Shown in pieces: positions 13,143 to 27,224 of a stretch of 64,000 nt of DNA; within the stretch, counting starts at the first letter, position 1; every line of letters begins with the position of its first letter. The stretch comes from Tubiluchus corallicola (lineage: Eukaryota; Animalia; Priapulida). A program made the translations under genes and the position numbers. A model generated the notes under the pieces. That model was given only the letters and a program-made list of their open reading frames with translations. It searched no databases and had not been told where the DNA came from. The DNA is taken from NCBI GenBank assembly GCA_030141605.1, contig JAQGDQ010000049.1, positions 62,001 to 126,000 on the forward strand. Reading direction: 5' to 3'.

Positions 13143-14551
13143 TCCAAATTTAACACTAACACGACCAATTTTTTTTTACTTATCTGTCGTGCTCATTGTA
13201 GTTCGTAAATGTGTGATTAAACTATAAAAGCATATTAACAGACAGCTTGACCGACCGACCAATCACATGCAAGACGAAGAATCAACTCACTTGCAGATCA
13301 TCAATCAGAAAATCTTTGTTAAAATATCTGTTTCTTTTCCCTTTTAAACTGTATTACTTTGAATAATCATGAGTAGGCTAGCAGGTTTTAGTGTATATAC
13401 TGGCGATGTGAAAATCACGATTAGGCTCTAATTAATCAACTGCTGACTATAATTACTGATTATTATAATTGAAAAAATTGTGAGCAGCAACACTAATCAC
13501 AGTTTATAGCTCCACATTGTAAGTACAATTTCCATGCCGATTTTTTACTACATTTTTCTGTAGTATTTTTGAAAACGTAGTAACGATAAAAAAAACTAAT
13601 CATCTCTAAAACGACAAGCGTCATTTTTCTAATTGGCGGTAGGAAAGCCGCTAGAAGTGAATAAATTAGAGACAGATGCGTCCCGCTATTAAGGAATTCT
13701 CATATGTTGGTGTCAAACTCCCAAAGAGCTTTAAATGTTTATGGCTTTCCACTATTAGATTTCGATTTTTTTCGCTACTGGCGCAGCCAACCGATAAGTA
13801 ACAAAAGTTTACATAACTTCCGCGTAATTTTCTGCTGAGAATTTGTACACTTTCCGAAGAAATTATGGTTAGAAAGGAAATACAACACCCGGGTTTCTAG
13901 CTGTTTGATATTTTAAGAGTTTTTTCTGGTTTAGGAATTTTCTTTAGTTACTGATCTGCGCATAAGATACACTAACAATTTCCTTCAAGTGAAATTCTGG
14001 TGAAGTAAATATTTAGTTTGTACGTTTTTAATAGTGTGTAATACAAAAACAGACATGATACAGGTTCTAAACAGTTGGCAAAAAATCCTGACTGGCATCA
14101 CGCAGAATCACAGGGATCAGTGTGTGAAGTGCAAGGATTAAGAATTCCATTATCAGCGAATTGCTGAACAAGAGCAGCAAGTGATGAAGTCACTGTGATG
14201 ATGTCACACTGCTAACAAAATGTATAAGTTAATAAAGTTTTTTAAGAAAGCTAAATCAAACAATTACTGATTGATCATTCGGACGCCAATTCATTAACTT
14301 ATTAATAGTAATCCATTACTATCATTTGACACTCTGGGGTCTCTGAATAATTTGGATTAATATAGTCTTGATGACGTCGGCTGTTAACATTTACGGTCGA
14401 TGACAACTGACTTCTCTAAACTGTCTTGCAAATTTTCCAATTAAATTATTCGTGCAATTATTCCATTTCTGATACTAGACGTGTAGCATATGTATTTAAT
14501 CTCTTTGCTGATATGAGACTGGTTCTCATGAATTAAAACAGAATAGACATG

Positions 14552-14935
14552 CACTCGCCGGATTATGATCTTCTGGGGCTAATAGGGTAATGAAATTACG
14601 GGCCCTCTTAGATGGAGCCATCTTCTAACTCGTCCGCGCCCGGCTTGAATATTTTTTACTCATGAGATATTTTAGCGACATTTACATAGCTTGAAGTAAA
14701 CTTGTTGCAAATATTTTAAATAAACTAGAATAGCTATCTTTTGTTTGTCAATAAAAATGTTCTTTAAGAAATGCCACTAATTTTCCTATTTATTGCACAC
14801 CAAATTAGCACGTATTTCAACACAACCATAGTGAAAAACGAATTTTTTACCAAATGTTACCAAAGCTTGAAGGCCCCCAAGCTTGAGGTGCCCCAGGCTG
14901 CAGCCTACGCTAGCCTATAGGATAATCATGCCCTG
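14552..14935. mobile_element. MITE-like element with GC-rich ends
   Basis: Left end cactcgccggattatg, right end ggataatcatgccctg (reverse complement cagggcatgattatcc). GC-rich ggggccc/ggcccc subterminal motifs flank an AT-rich core. No clean target-site duplication seen. Confidence 0.45.
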
Positions 14936-15469
14936 CACACACCGAAAAGTATCCACCAAATTCATTTGGATATTCGATATTATTAAGCAGACTATATCAG
15001 TAACCTATTCACCCCTATAGGTTTATGCGAAAACAGTAGGATCCCATGAGTTTGTATTTTACTGTAGAGAACAGTTATTATTACAGCACGGGTTTATAGC
15101 TCCAATGGTTTCTATTTTAAGATGGACAACTTTCTTCAAACGGCCTGCGTCTAGCTAAGTTCTTGTATCACATGACAACACAAACATAACATCTTTCTAA
15201 TGTGTTTTCTTGGTTATTAAAACTGTAGTCTTAACTTGGACACAGAAGTTGCTCTGGCACGTCAAGAATTTCTTCTTTCTGGGTGACGTTTGTAGTTGAC
15301 GCGTTGAGGTTAAAATTATCTTCCACTTACATGCTAATTTCCAATGGAAAACATGTAGATGAAGACGGTGTTTTTGGTTACTTCATTATTTACTTAATCA
15401 AAGAATTCCTCACATGATTACAGACTTGTTTGATATTTTCAAAATTTTATATTACCGAGTCAGAATGAG

Positions 15470-15556
15470 AAAGAAGATGAAAGAGAAAGAGAGGAGACGG
15501 CTGAGAGAGAATGAAGGACGAGAAAGTGACATAAAGACAGATAGAGAGAGAGAGAG

Positions 15557-15596
<40 letters not shown>

Positions 15597-15620
15597 AGAG
15601 AATGAGAGAAAGAGACATAC
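15470..15620. repeat. (GA)n microsatellite / purine tract
   Basis: Directly visible. Confidence 0.9.
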
Positions 15621-16559
15621 AGATGGCATGGGTGGGAGAAAGGCCTAAGTTTCTTTACTCGACGAAACGATTTACTTCCTTTTTACAGTGTCTTATCATT
15701 TTGTTCCTTTATATGTGTCTTTGCACGGCTTAGCTTCACAGCTTAATTTTTGGCTAATTGAGCTTAATGACTTTAAGTAGTCACTACGCAGCTCCTTATA
15801 GAAAACAAGTTGATACCCCATTAACAAACTTATTTTCTTATGTTAACTGTTAATTATCATAACACTTTCAATGCTTATGCATGTGTTACATAGTCGCATC
15901 ACGATTTTTAGTTACAGCACACTTGGAAAATGTTCCTAATAGAAACGATAATACGATTCGACGTTTGTCTTAAGCAGGCTGCAAAATTTCGGCGTAATTC
16001 CCAGCCGAGTTGCATTTGACATGAAGACAAGGCCTGATATTAAATTTGATAAATTATCCGCGGCGAGCTCGCATATTTTAATTAAAATATTTTTGCTTGA
16101 GAACTATGATAGAAAAAAGTGTCCATTCGAGAAACTGACCCCGTAAATTGCTTTTCTTATAACACATCCGGGCAGGACCCCATCAACCCCCAGGCAGAAA
16201 TGTGTAATTGCATGTTTTGGCGGTGGCTGCATATGGATTACGGAACCATTTACCACACATATGAAGCCAGTTACAAAATGTTTAGTGAATAAACCTTGAG
16301 CTGAATATTTTTGCGGATAATGTTGAAGAGTGGGAAGCATGAGGAGGAGTTTTACGTCATGAATGCGCGAAAAGATTCGAGAAAATACATAAACACGAAG
16401 ATTGTGTTATCGAATACAAATTAAAAGTAGATTATTCGTGGCCATTGTGACAGTATTTTCAGGGTAAATTTAAATACTTCAAATTTTTTTGAGAGTTTGG
16501 GCTAAAATTTCCAATCCGCCACAAACACGACACAAGAAATTAGCTCAAGAAGCGAATAG

Positions 16560-16672
16560 TGTTAGAAGTAAAGTTAGACTTGGCGTTAGGATAGGGTTTT
16601 AGGGTTAGGGTAAGGGTTAGTGTTAGGGTAGGGTTAGCGAATTTAAATTGTTTGAATTTGTAAATTCCTTCC
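16560..16672 (+). repeat. Degenerate (TTAGGG)n tract inside a dispersed repeat, copy 2
   Basis: ttagggttaggggtaagggttagtgttagggtagggttagcg followed by tttaaattgtttgaatttgtaaattccttcc, matching the flank at 5318-5350. Confidence 0.7.
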
Positions 16673-16904
16673 TGAGTTTGTAGCTTGAGTTAATTTCATA
16701 CCCGACTTAATTTGTCTTTCCGATTATGGAAGGGGAAAGAGTGAAGACAGCATTACGTCAGCGTTACAAACATACAACTTTTGTGTGTAATGTACATACA
16801 GTGAAAATAAACGAGAGAGTATAAGAAGAAGAAAATAACATTAATTTCTTTGGATTGACACAAATTAACAACCCTCCTTCAAAAAAGTAGCTATCCCATA
16901 GTAT

Positions 16905-17245
16905 TCGTCTCATCATTATCAGCATTTGCAACGTTATCATCCTCATTATGAGTATCATTAAAATCACTACCATCATAATTTTAATCGCCATCACATTTAC
17001 CTTCATTTTCATTGTCAACATCATCGTCACTACCACCATCACAACATCGCAAGCATCATTATCATTATCGTTATTGTCATCAACATCACTATCACCATCA
17101 TCATCGCCATCAGTATCATTATCATAACCATCGCATCATCATAATAATCATTGTCGTCGTCGTTGTCGTCATCGTCATCATCATTGTCGCTATTATCTTC
17201 ATGATTAATATTGTAATAACAATTAGGAACGCCATCAGAATCATA
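16905..17245. repeat. Degenerate (ATC)n low-complexity tract
   Basis: Directly visible CAT/CAC/CGT triplet runs. Confidence 0.85.
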
Positions 17246-17479
17246 AGATAAGCACTGAATGAATGCAGTAAAAACCTTTGAAACTAGAAGGACTCTGGTT
17301 CTTCAACGATACCACTGGCTCCACTGAAATTTTTGCAGAGAAAATAACATGGAGAGTTCCTCATTTCCTAAGCCCTAGCAAACAATAAGTATTAGTGCTG
17401 TAAAAAAATACATGGAAATTAGCAGTTTTACGGATAAATAAATAGATATTTTGTGCAGTTTGATACATTGCAGACCGAT

Positions 17480-17760
17480 ATCATCACCTTTTCCCTGGAT
17501 CCGCCTCCACCGCTTCACTAACTGGTCTAATTTTGCTCGACACATTCGGCGAACCGACTTTAGCAGAGACCAAGTCTATGGGCCACTATCGTATGGGATG
17601 AATCAGAGGCTTGTTCTTCTGTCGGTTCGACTTTCTGCTTCGTCAGAACGTGCAATATTCTGACAGTTTTCTGCGAAATTACCTACTTTCGCTGACAGAC
17701 GATATGTCAAGGACATCTGACAACTATTTTACTGTAACTAACATGGCTGCAATTAGAAAA
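17480..17760 (-). mobile_element. Possible decayed RTE-clade LINE 3' fragment
   Basis: Minus-strand translation (IARSDEAES..., VRRMCRAKLDQLVKRWRR) loosely resembles RTE C-termini; very degraded. Confidence 0.3.
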
Positions 17761-19624
17761 TGTAACTTGAAAAGCTGACCGGCTTTAGTCGTTTTATCGC
17801 TTTATATCCTGCTAAAACAGCTGAAGCGCTAAGCTAAAAGCGAATGGCTTATATAAGGTCCATGTACTTGTGATAATGAACTTCCTTTATATAAGTCCCT
17901 ATATTAATTTGCCCTCTATCACTTCTTGTGAAGCAGCTTTTTATGATATCAATGCCACTTTGTTTGCATGAAAAGTAGGCTTATAATTATAGTATTAGTT
18001 CATGTGCATTTTTACGCATGTATGCTTTGGCTAACAATTATAAGCCACTACTAATATAACAGCTGTTCGGTGCAGAACTTAATTAATATCAAGGGAGTGG
18101 CAAATTATGGGTCAACTGGGAAGCGTTTTTTGGACAGAACAGTTTCTAGAGGAATGTATAGAAATGGTGCAACTCGGAATACCTCGCTTTAATTCGCAAG
18201 AAAATTGTAATTCATTTACGAATTCAAATTCGGAGAATGAACATCAAGCCAATGGCTTCATAGCCTGGTTTTCGTAGCTGGCTTTATTAAGTTTAATTTG
18301 TTGAAAATTATTCATTTATTAATACAAAAAGTAAGACGCAGACACTTTTCGAAATAAAGTTGAATACGAATCTCAGCACCACATTGAGCTCAGATAGAGA
18401 ATTATATTGATAGATTAATCGTATTTTGTAGTTAAACTGAAACGTGGCACTTCTAATAAGCAGCAACTCACGCACAAAATTGACAATAACGTACGAATCT
18501 TTTATTCCTGTCGATAACTTATGTTACATTGTAATGGTTAATTCGAAGAGATTGCGTCATTGTTATTTTTGGAAAAAGACAACACTTACTTCTAATTAAA
18601 GCAAAGATTACTTCTGTGGCAAAAATTTGACTCTTCTATTTACAGCAGCTTGAGTGCATCTTATAATATTCTAGGAAACAATAACGTCCATTTGCAGTGT
18701 CATATTTTCCTCAGCTTCACGCTTGCGGATATTATGAAATAATGGTGGCTTAAAAAGCTATAGTCACTACTATTAATAATGCCTTCATCTCACTAACATT
18801 TGATCTGCAGCTGCAGAACCTTAATAGTAGTGACCCGTATTGTGGTAAATTTAAGAAAGTTTATGGCCTTATATCAGTTTTTGGATCGTAAAAGCCTTAC
18901 TACATGTGAGCAGGTGCATAGAAGTTTTATAGAGTTTTGTAATCGCTTGTTTTTAACAGGTTATATAGATAATTAGATCCATTGTAAGAATGGGGTTCAA
19001 GTGGTCAGTCAAGAGTCGTGGTCGTTGTTGCTATGGATGCAACGAAAAGTCAGATGGCAAGATTGCTGAACGCATTGTCTGTCTCGTTGAGCGCTCCAAG
19101 CTGTTTTGATAGAACTGATTTTTTTAATTTTTGTATTTCCTTTTAAGATATTTACTTACTCTAAAATGTTCGCATTTTGTTCCGAGTTTTATTCAGAACT
19201 CAGCGGTGAAACTGGTAACATCGTTCTCTTTTGAAGACATGCAACTGTGCCTCTGAGTGTTTCTATGTTTGAAAAAAATACAAAATGCTTAATCACATTG
19301 TTAAGGCCACCCCTAGCAACTCTGGCTGCAGCTGTAAGATTTTGCAAGTTCTTTTAACCAAAGGCATACCAGCAGCCATCTTGAAATGAAAGCAGAACAT
19401 TATTTTGTTTCAAAGACGATTATTATTATTATTCCGTAACACTTTTAGGCACTCAAAAGAACTACAGATTTGCTAAATTCTGCATATCATTTGCTCCACA
19501 CCAATTACTGACCAAAAAATGTTAATTCACTTTTTTAATAACAGATATCGATCGTCACATAAAGAACAAAAGCAGCGGACATCACAGCGACAGTGATGAC
19601 ATCAATGCTGACGTGAATTATCAG

Positions 19625-19673
19625 AACAACAACAGCAATAAGCACTATTGCCGCCATCACCACCACCACCACC

Positions 19674-19704
<31 letters not shown>

Positions 19705-20055
19705 CTGCAGCAACAACGATAACAAAAAAAGGACGACGGTAACGGCAACAACAATAACAACAACAACAACAACAACAACAGCAGCAGCAGCAGCAACTTA
19801 GAAAATGTCCAAAAAAATTCCTAATTCTGTTGTTAATAACTCTTGTAACAGCAGCATCAGCAACAGCAACAACAACAACAGCAACAGCAACGCCAACGAG
19901 AACAACGACAATGACAAGGACGACAATGACAAGGACGACAACAAAAGCAGCAGCAACAGCAGCAACAACAACAACGACAGTAGCAGCAGCAGCAACAACG
20001 ACGATGACGACGACAGCAACAACAATACTAATGCTGCTGCTGCTGCTGTTGCTGT

Positions 20056-20086
<31 letters not shown>

Positions 20087-20142
20087 GCTGCTGCTACAAG
20101 AGTTATTAACAACAGAATTAGGAAATTGTTTTGGATATTTTT
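19625..20142. repeat. (CAA/CAG) microsatellite complex containing a fold-back inverted duplication
   Basis: ttcctaattctgttgttaataactcttgt at ~19818-19846 has its exact reverse complement at ~20096-20124; the triplet tract switches from CAG/CAA to CTG/TTG at ~20030. Confidence 0.9.
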
Positions 20143-22339
20143 GTACATTCAAACGTGAGATCTTTTCAGGAACACAGAACAATTTTATCAAGGCACATAA
20201 TTGTAATAAAAAATTGCCGATTGTTAGAAAACCTGATTACGGCACGTATTCACATTGATTTCCAAGAAAATTTTGTGTAGGAAAATGCCGACTTGCAAAT
20301 CGATAATATATATATCTGTATTAAAATAAACTGCACAACAATATATTGCCGCGTAAACGCTACAATAAACCTGAATCGTGGCAATAAAATGTTCCTGTTT
20401 ACATGGATTTAAACTGTTTACTTGATATACGCAATTATTTGTTGCGAACATAAATAGTACGAACACTTCTAAAAATTTCCCCACATAACCAGTGTAATTT
20501 AGTGCAGATGATTATGACGCGGGGGGGGGGCGTAACCCTCCATATCATCCTAGAATCAAGAATAAATTTCTGAGACGAGACACTGAACTAGTACTGTTGT
20601 CTTAAATTACCCATAATGCATCGTTGCACAAACTTTTTAATCAGCCATTTGGTGGCAGTCCTATAAAACATTATACATTATAACGTTACATAATGAAATA
20701 ACTAATTTTGATGTTATACGTAGACGATGAATTTATTATGTCTACAGAAAAGGTAACACAGTAATCAGAATGTATTATATTGCAGTGTGATATAGTGTTT
20801 ACATCGTCTATTAGAAGAAAACTATTAGAAGAAAAACAGAATTTTATGTATATACTGTAATTATGGTGACACAACCTTCAGTACTTTTTCCGTTCTATTT
20901 CTTTCAAATGACAGAAAGGTACACAGCTTTGTAAAACATTTAAACACTCAGCCATACAGATTGTATAAAAATTGCAATACACACTATTTAAAAATATATA
21001 CATAGGCCTACACATCCAGATACAATACAGAAAGACACAAGGTCATTAAAACATACAACACTAATAGGTCTACAAAACAATAAAAATTTTATATTTTAAA
21101 AAAATTTATATATTAAAAAAATTAAAGATTTTAGTTGCACAACGCAATATAACTTCTAGCAGATGGTCCATATATTTGTATATGAGACTTACAGCATAGT
21201 TTGCCAGTTATACAGACTGGTTTGTTCTGCCAACCCACATAATAAATAATAGTTATTTTTCTTGCAAAAACGTCATAGTTAGAAATATTAAAAGGGTTGG
21301 CTACAAATTTTTCGCTTATATTACTTCTTCTCCAAAAAGTTGAAGAGCGCCTGAAACGCATTATCGTTAGACAACTTTAACAAAGTGTAGGCCTAGCTGT
21401 ATAGGAAAAAGTTAAACCACCTCAAGGCACATGCATAAAGTTGACATGTATACGATTTGAAAACAAACAAAGTATATTAGCTCTTAGGCAAAGCCTTTTT
21501 AACTGCGCTTCATAGCCTCATTATCACGCAAATCCGAAGCAAATACATAACCTAAATAATCATAAGCATTACAATATTTAAAGGAGAACCATAAGTTAAC
21601 GCATGGGCCAAATCCAAGGTCTCATTGATTCTTTATTATCGTATTGTCTTGTAACCTCATAAATTCAATATAATGTTCTTGTCATGTTTCTTCATTGTAA
21701 ATTCATTGTAAATTTTGTATTTTGTGAAACAAATAAACTGTGTTTTTTGTAAAAGAAAACGAATGAAATCAAATCGGCGTACAGATCCACGCTCTTACAT
21801 AAAGCCAATATGAACCTTTTTGCATTTCTCGATTTTAGCACTTTGACCATTGACCTTTTCAGCCGCAAAAATAACGAATTTCTAGGTTTTCGTTAAAAAA
21901 CAAGCAATGGTATTAAAAATTATAAAACCTAAGTGAAAATGTGTAATTATTATAACATAACTACTGGCACTTTTCAGTAGAGAACAATACAACAGATTCC
22001 TTACATTTGAATTAAGGAGTCACCAGCTAAAGTTGGAAGCCTGCATTTTATGAAACACAAGACATTTTATTATTCATATGGAACAGGCATTTTACAATCG
22101 ACTTGAGAATGTAACATAATCACTAGGACAGAACACGAGAAGAAGCTAAACAAACTGCGGTCTTCATCAATCAAGAAGGTGGTTGAAATGCGCGCCGCCA
22201 TATTCGCTTCGTTTTCTGAAATATTATAGAATTCTGATTGCGTTTCATGCATTTCTAAAATACAATAACCACGTCCTTTCTGCGGTTTAGCACTTGCCGG
22301 GATAATGGAAAGTAAACACGCGTATGGATGTTTTGCCAA

Positions 22340-22890
22340 CGAATTCAGACCTTTGAAAGTGTTGAAAAAGTGTTTAAAAGATATCGGAATTTATTTTTGC
22401 AAAGAAGCAAGTTAAGCAACATACTGGACAGACAAGCAAGTCAGAGACATACTTGAGTGGAAACACTAATATGCTTAGATAAGGCACGCTTTACAATACT
22501 GAAATGGACTCACAAGTGCGTACCGCACTTTTGGGAGTGCCTATAAGGTGCCTGCAAAATAAAGCTTGGATTCTATACATGGTACTATACAAGGCGAATT
22601 CAGACCTTTGAAATGGGAAAAATCTTCAAAAGTCTAGAAATTTACTTCCCTATACAAGCAGCATACTGGCCAGCAAAGGAACTCAACAAAAACTATTTTG
22701 AGCAGAAGGCAGAGAAACAAAAGTTGATTAAGCTACTATTTTAAGAAATAGGAGTTGCTCATTTCATAGTTTCTATCTTAGTATTATCATTTCAAAGTTC
22801 TAATGGAGACACGATTACGTACCGTGGTGTTAGCAGTGCCTGAAAAAACATTTAAAAACAATTTAAACCTTTGATTCTCTACGTGATAGT
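22340..22890. repeat. Diverged two-copy tandem duplication (~255-bp offset)
   Basis: cgaattcagacctttgaaa at 22340 and 22595, followed by shared blocks catactgg, atgga..cac...cgtaccg, agtgcct and gattct.tac.tg.ta. Confidence 0.7.
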
Positions 22891-23403
22891 TAAATCGTTT
22901 CTAATCAGAGTCATCAGTCGTCGACTGTCAAAAACTACTGGCAGTAAACGCTCTCTGTTAGCTACAAACTATCTACTTTGCTTCTAAACGTTTCTCGTAA
23001 ATTCAATTTAAATCATTTTGTTTGTGAATAGGCAGTAGTAACGCAAAGTGTAATGAAATTTCGTTTGCTCTTTTCCGTCGTACTCTATGTATGATTTGTT
23101 TCCAGCTAATACCGGGTAAGACAGCGCATTCAACAAGATTAGTGCACGCGAAAAACAATAAAAGCCATAATAATTGATTTCAGGTTCAATTTACGCGATT
23201 TAATGCCAGTGCGCGTCATCGATTACGTCATCGAAAATGGGTTCTGAAAGTATTGCAACGTATTACTTTCAAAAAGCCCTCAATGGAACATCTCTAATTG
23301 GAAGTTACTTCATCATGGAGAGCAGCAAAAGAACGTACCGTTTGGCGGCAGAAGACCTGGATGATTGGTACACGTCATACAATGATAGGGCCTATGATGT
23401 ACG

Positions 23404-24130
23404 CAAAAGATAAGATAAGATAAGATAAGATAAGATAACATATTTATTCAGGAAAACTTGATTGAGCAAAGCTCGTTTACAACAAGTCCTGATAGATGCT
23501 TTTAAATTTAAAATAAAAAATAAATACACGTGAGGACACAAACTTAAAAATTTGCAGACATACACAAAAATCGTACGAACATTGTGAGTAAAACATAAAG
23601 AAAATAAGCAGAAACACAAAAAAGAAAGCTTGGTTTACAATCGCAAAAGAACTTAAAATAAGAAAACAAAGCAAAAAAGCAGAAATAAAGCCAAATTAAC
23701 GTGATCATAAAAGCATATACAATAAAAATCCAAAAAACTAAAACAAATCTAAGATTACAAGCAAATAAAAAAATGTCATATTGAACGTAATTAATATAAA
23801 TCAAATGAAACAATAATATTAAAACCAAATAAACTGAAAGTCAAAATTCACAAACAATGTTCAAGCCAATATCAGAAACACCTGTGCATGTCAAAATTTA
23901 AATTCAGCTCAAGACGAAATTAAAAAGCACAATAAAATTAATTAAAATAACTCTATTGATAAAAAGCGCTAAAACATCCTTTAAACAAATTAATATTGCT
24001 ACTGCTTCTTAATTTATTTGGCAGAGAATTCAATACTTTACCCCTCCTGTATTTTAGAGATTTTTGTCCAATTTGTGTTCAACTTATTACCTAGGCGTAT
24101 AACCTAATTTAACTAGCTTTTATGTGAATG
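23404..24130 (-). mobile_element. 3' end of an L2/CR1-group LINE with T-rich 3' UTR and (TCTTA)n tail
   Basis: Minus strand reads TQIGQKSLKYRGGVKY*NSLPNKLRSSSNINLFK (the WNSLP C-terminal motif), then a T-rich UTR ending in AATAAA and pentamer repeats (aagat x7 on + at 23407-23440). Confidence 0.7.
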
Positions 24131-26666
24131 GACTTTAAGTCTGAAATAAAAGAAGTGAATTGAATTGAACTGAATTTAGCATCGATAATACAGCTAATTG
24201 AACAGCTAATACACCATTTTGTTTCTCCTGCAATTAATGCTTGGGCATTACTGATCACAGGTGGTTGTAGGTTCTCCATACTTGGACATAGTAATGGTTT
24301 GGAAGTGCAAAACATTGCTACTACAAATTATCGATGCCTGCAATTGATTTGTTGTTTTCCTATTTTCGTTTTGCTCATTCAATTAATTCCTTATTCACTC
24401 AGTCATGCATTCAGTTATTTATCGATTCGGACATTTACGCATTCACTCATTCATTTACTCGTTTGTTTTCTCGTTGTTTCGTTCGTACGTTCGTTCATAC
24501 AAACGCTTGCTCACGTAGACATTCAGTCATTCAGTCTTCGTGCATCTTGTCACGAAATTACTTTCTTATTTTGCGAATAACAACGATTCCATGCGTCCTT
24601 TGTGTGAAACAGGCCTTACATTAAGCGATCTAGACGTCTGTATAAGGCTGCCTGCGTACCCCATGCTATGCTGACGATGTCATGCTTTATGCATGTCATG
24701 CAAAATAGCTTGAAAACCTGTGTTATTAATTACCATATTTCAGATGGTATTAAGCAATCAGATGCAAAAAAGAACTGCATAAAACTAACACTGCAGTTCA
24801 TGATCATGGTTATCATTGTACCGTCTTCTATTTGTGACAAAAAGGCGCCGCTGCCAATCTTAGTAGATTCACTGAGCCGCACGTAGCTTTGAAAGTTTAA
24901 CAAAATTTGAGTATTCGAGGTAAAATATTAATATAATATATTATTATTTAATCTAAGCTTTGATTTAAAAAAGCTGTTGTAGTTTTCAAAATTTTTAGAG
25001 CATTCTTTATTCTGAACTAATGTTTATGCAATTATCCAGTTAACAGACAACTAAATGTTTGTTTTACATTTTGCCGTACGCACAAATAAGTTTTAAGTTA
25101 AGAGTGCTCAGAGGTCTAGTACCGGAAATAATAGTAACCTTAAAAGAAGAAATGATTAAAATTAGTTATCAAACTAGCATAAAACACATGATATGATTTG
25201 TCAAAACTCCAAAAGCCAAAAAATCTTGGCATAAAAACGAATGTGACCATTAAAAAGTTTAAAGAACCATCTTGATAGATCCGTTGGGCGTTTTTGCGTG
25301 TAAAAACATGTTGTAACAAAATTCACAAATATTGTGTGGAAAATGAAAACCTTTAAACTTTAAATAGTTTTGCCTCGTAGACAACAGCCTTCAAAAATGA
25401 CTCTGTAATCGCTCAGTATTGGTAAGTAGCTGGTCAAATTTAGAAATGACACGAGACACCAACAATCCACTTTTTGATGTACTTTAGTCACTTCTGTAAA
25501 ATACTTTTCCATTCAAAGATCAAAATAAATATATGTGTATGAAGGTTATCCGCCTAATAATGTACGACGTTTACTGCTCAAAGGTCATCATCCATAAAGC
25601 AGAACGCGGCCCCCTATGTGCAACCTGCTATAGTTTCTAACAACACAGACTCAGTGCACCTACATTTTGGGAAAGTTTGCGTTGCTATGGTGACCGAGTG
25701 ATTTTTTTTCTCTGCCATCTAGGGGCGAGTTAAAAACGCATTGTAAATGTGTAGTAACTCTATTTGCAGTCTTATTTGGGTGCGAAATTTACTGCTTTTG
25801 TGTTTAATAACTGGCCGCATTGTCAAGAAACCTACTGGGAAAATGGATAATGTACAAAACGCCAAAATATGAACATTATTCTCAAGGCCAACTAGTAGCA
25901 GTTATAACACTACACTTATTCTGGTTGGAAAAAAGAAAGGCTTTTTAGAGAGACTTGGCATGCGGCTGCTGAGTTTCCTTAAGTGCTTTACTTCTTACAA
26001 AGCACCAGTCATGGTTTCCGATCACTACATCTTTTAATATTAGCATAGTGCAGTGCGCACATTCTTCTTAAAGCCTGCAAAATATAAACTCGTAAATCTC
26101 ATCTGAGAGCTTCCAGCTTTCGATACATTTTCTGTATTGCCTGTCCAGAAGTACCTCACTCAACCTAAACAAAATAAATGCGGAGCATATGGCGCATCGG
26201 GTGGAATACTATACATAGTTTGTTTGGGCAGCAGTTGATAACAGCATTGTGGCGTGTTCAACACGCGATTTAAGTAGCTCTGGGCGGTCTCACACAAAAA
26301 AATGCCGTCCGAGTGTTGATAGTCCGTTTAGAAACTCCGCATACAAGCGAATAAACAAACAAACGGGTAATGCCGTTACTTATTTTTTATACAGTGAAAA
26401 TGCCGCAACTGTCACTGAAAACATTATAATTTTATTGAACACTTGCACAATGGAATAATAACAAATCTGAACATTTTGGCATTCACCATGCCATCGTCAA
26501 CAGAAGCTGCGCAAGCACTAAATATAAAACCAATTTTAGTTGTCACTTTATTCTTTATTTCTACTTCATGCATTACTAATTTTATATTTTAAATATAAAC
26601 AAATTATACTTGTCAAGTTTTTCTTGATTGTATTTAATGTATTATTAATTTTATATTTAGGGTTGT

Positions 26667-26711
26667 ACTTTCTGCTGACGATGGGCATGAAGAATGCCGA
26701 AAGATCAAAGT
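26667..26711 (+). ncRNA. Degenerate minimal type I hammerhead-ribozyme-like motif (Penelope-associated type)
   Basis: acttt-ctg-CTGACGA-tg-ggcat-gaaga-atgcc-GAAA-gatc-aaagt: core boxes CUGANGA and GAAA, stem II ggcat/atgcc, stem I acttt/aaagt (offset by 3 nt), minimal stem III. Confidence 0.4.
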
Positions 26712-26792
26712 TCGTTAATATTCAATATTCAATATTCAAAATATAAAAACTCAAAGAATTTTATATATCATGCTAACTAACATTTTCTTGTG

Positions 26793-26963
<171 letters not shown>

Positions 26964-27224
26964 ATCTATTGTGAAAGTGTTCAACAAAATTTTAACCTCT
27001 TCCGTAGCCACAGCGGCAATTTCATTATTTCTGCTAAGTGAAATTAAGACTTCCAAATACAACGAAAATACTGAACACAATGGAAACTATATAAGAGAAA
27101 ATACCAGACATAAAACTAAATGTGTGAAACTATATTATAAAATAGAACTTCTGTTATCTCAAGTTGCTGTCTCAAAATTTTGTTACAACAATAATGCTTC
27201 AAGATCATATGTTGGAAAGACCTT

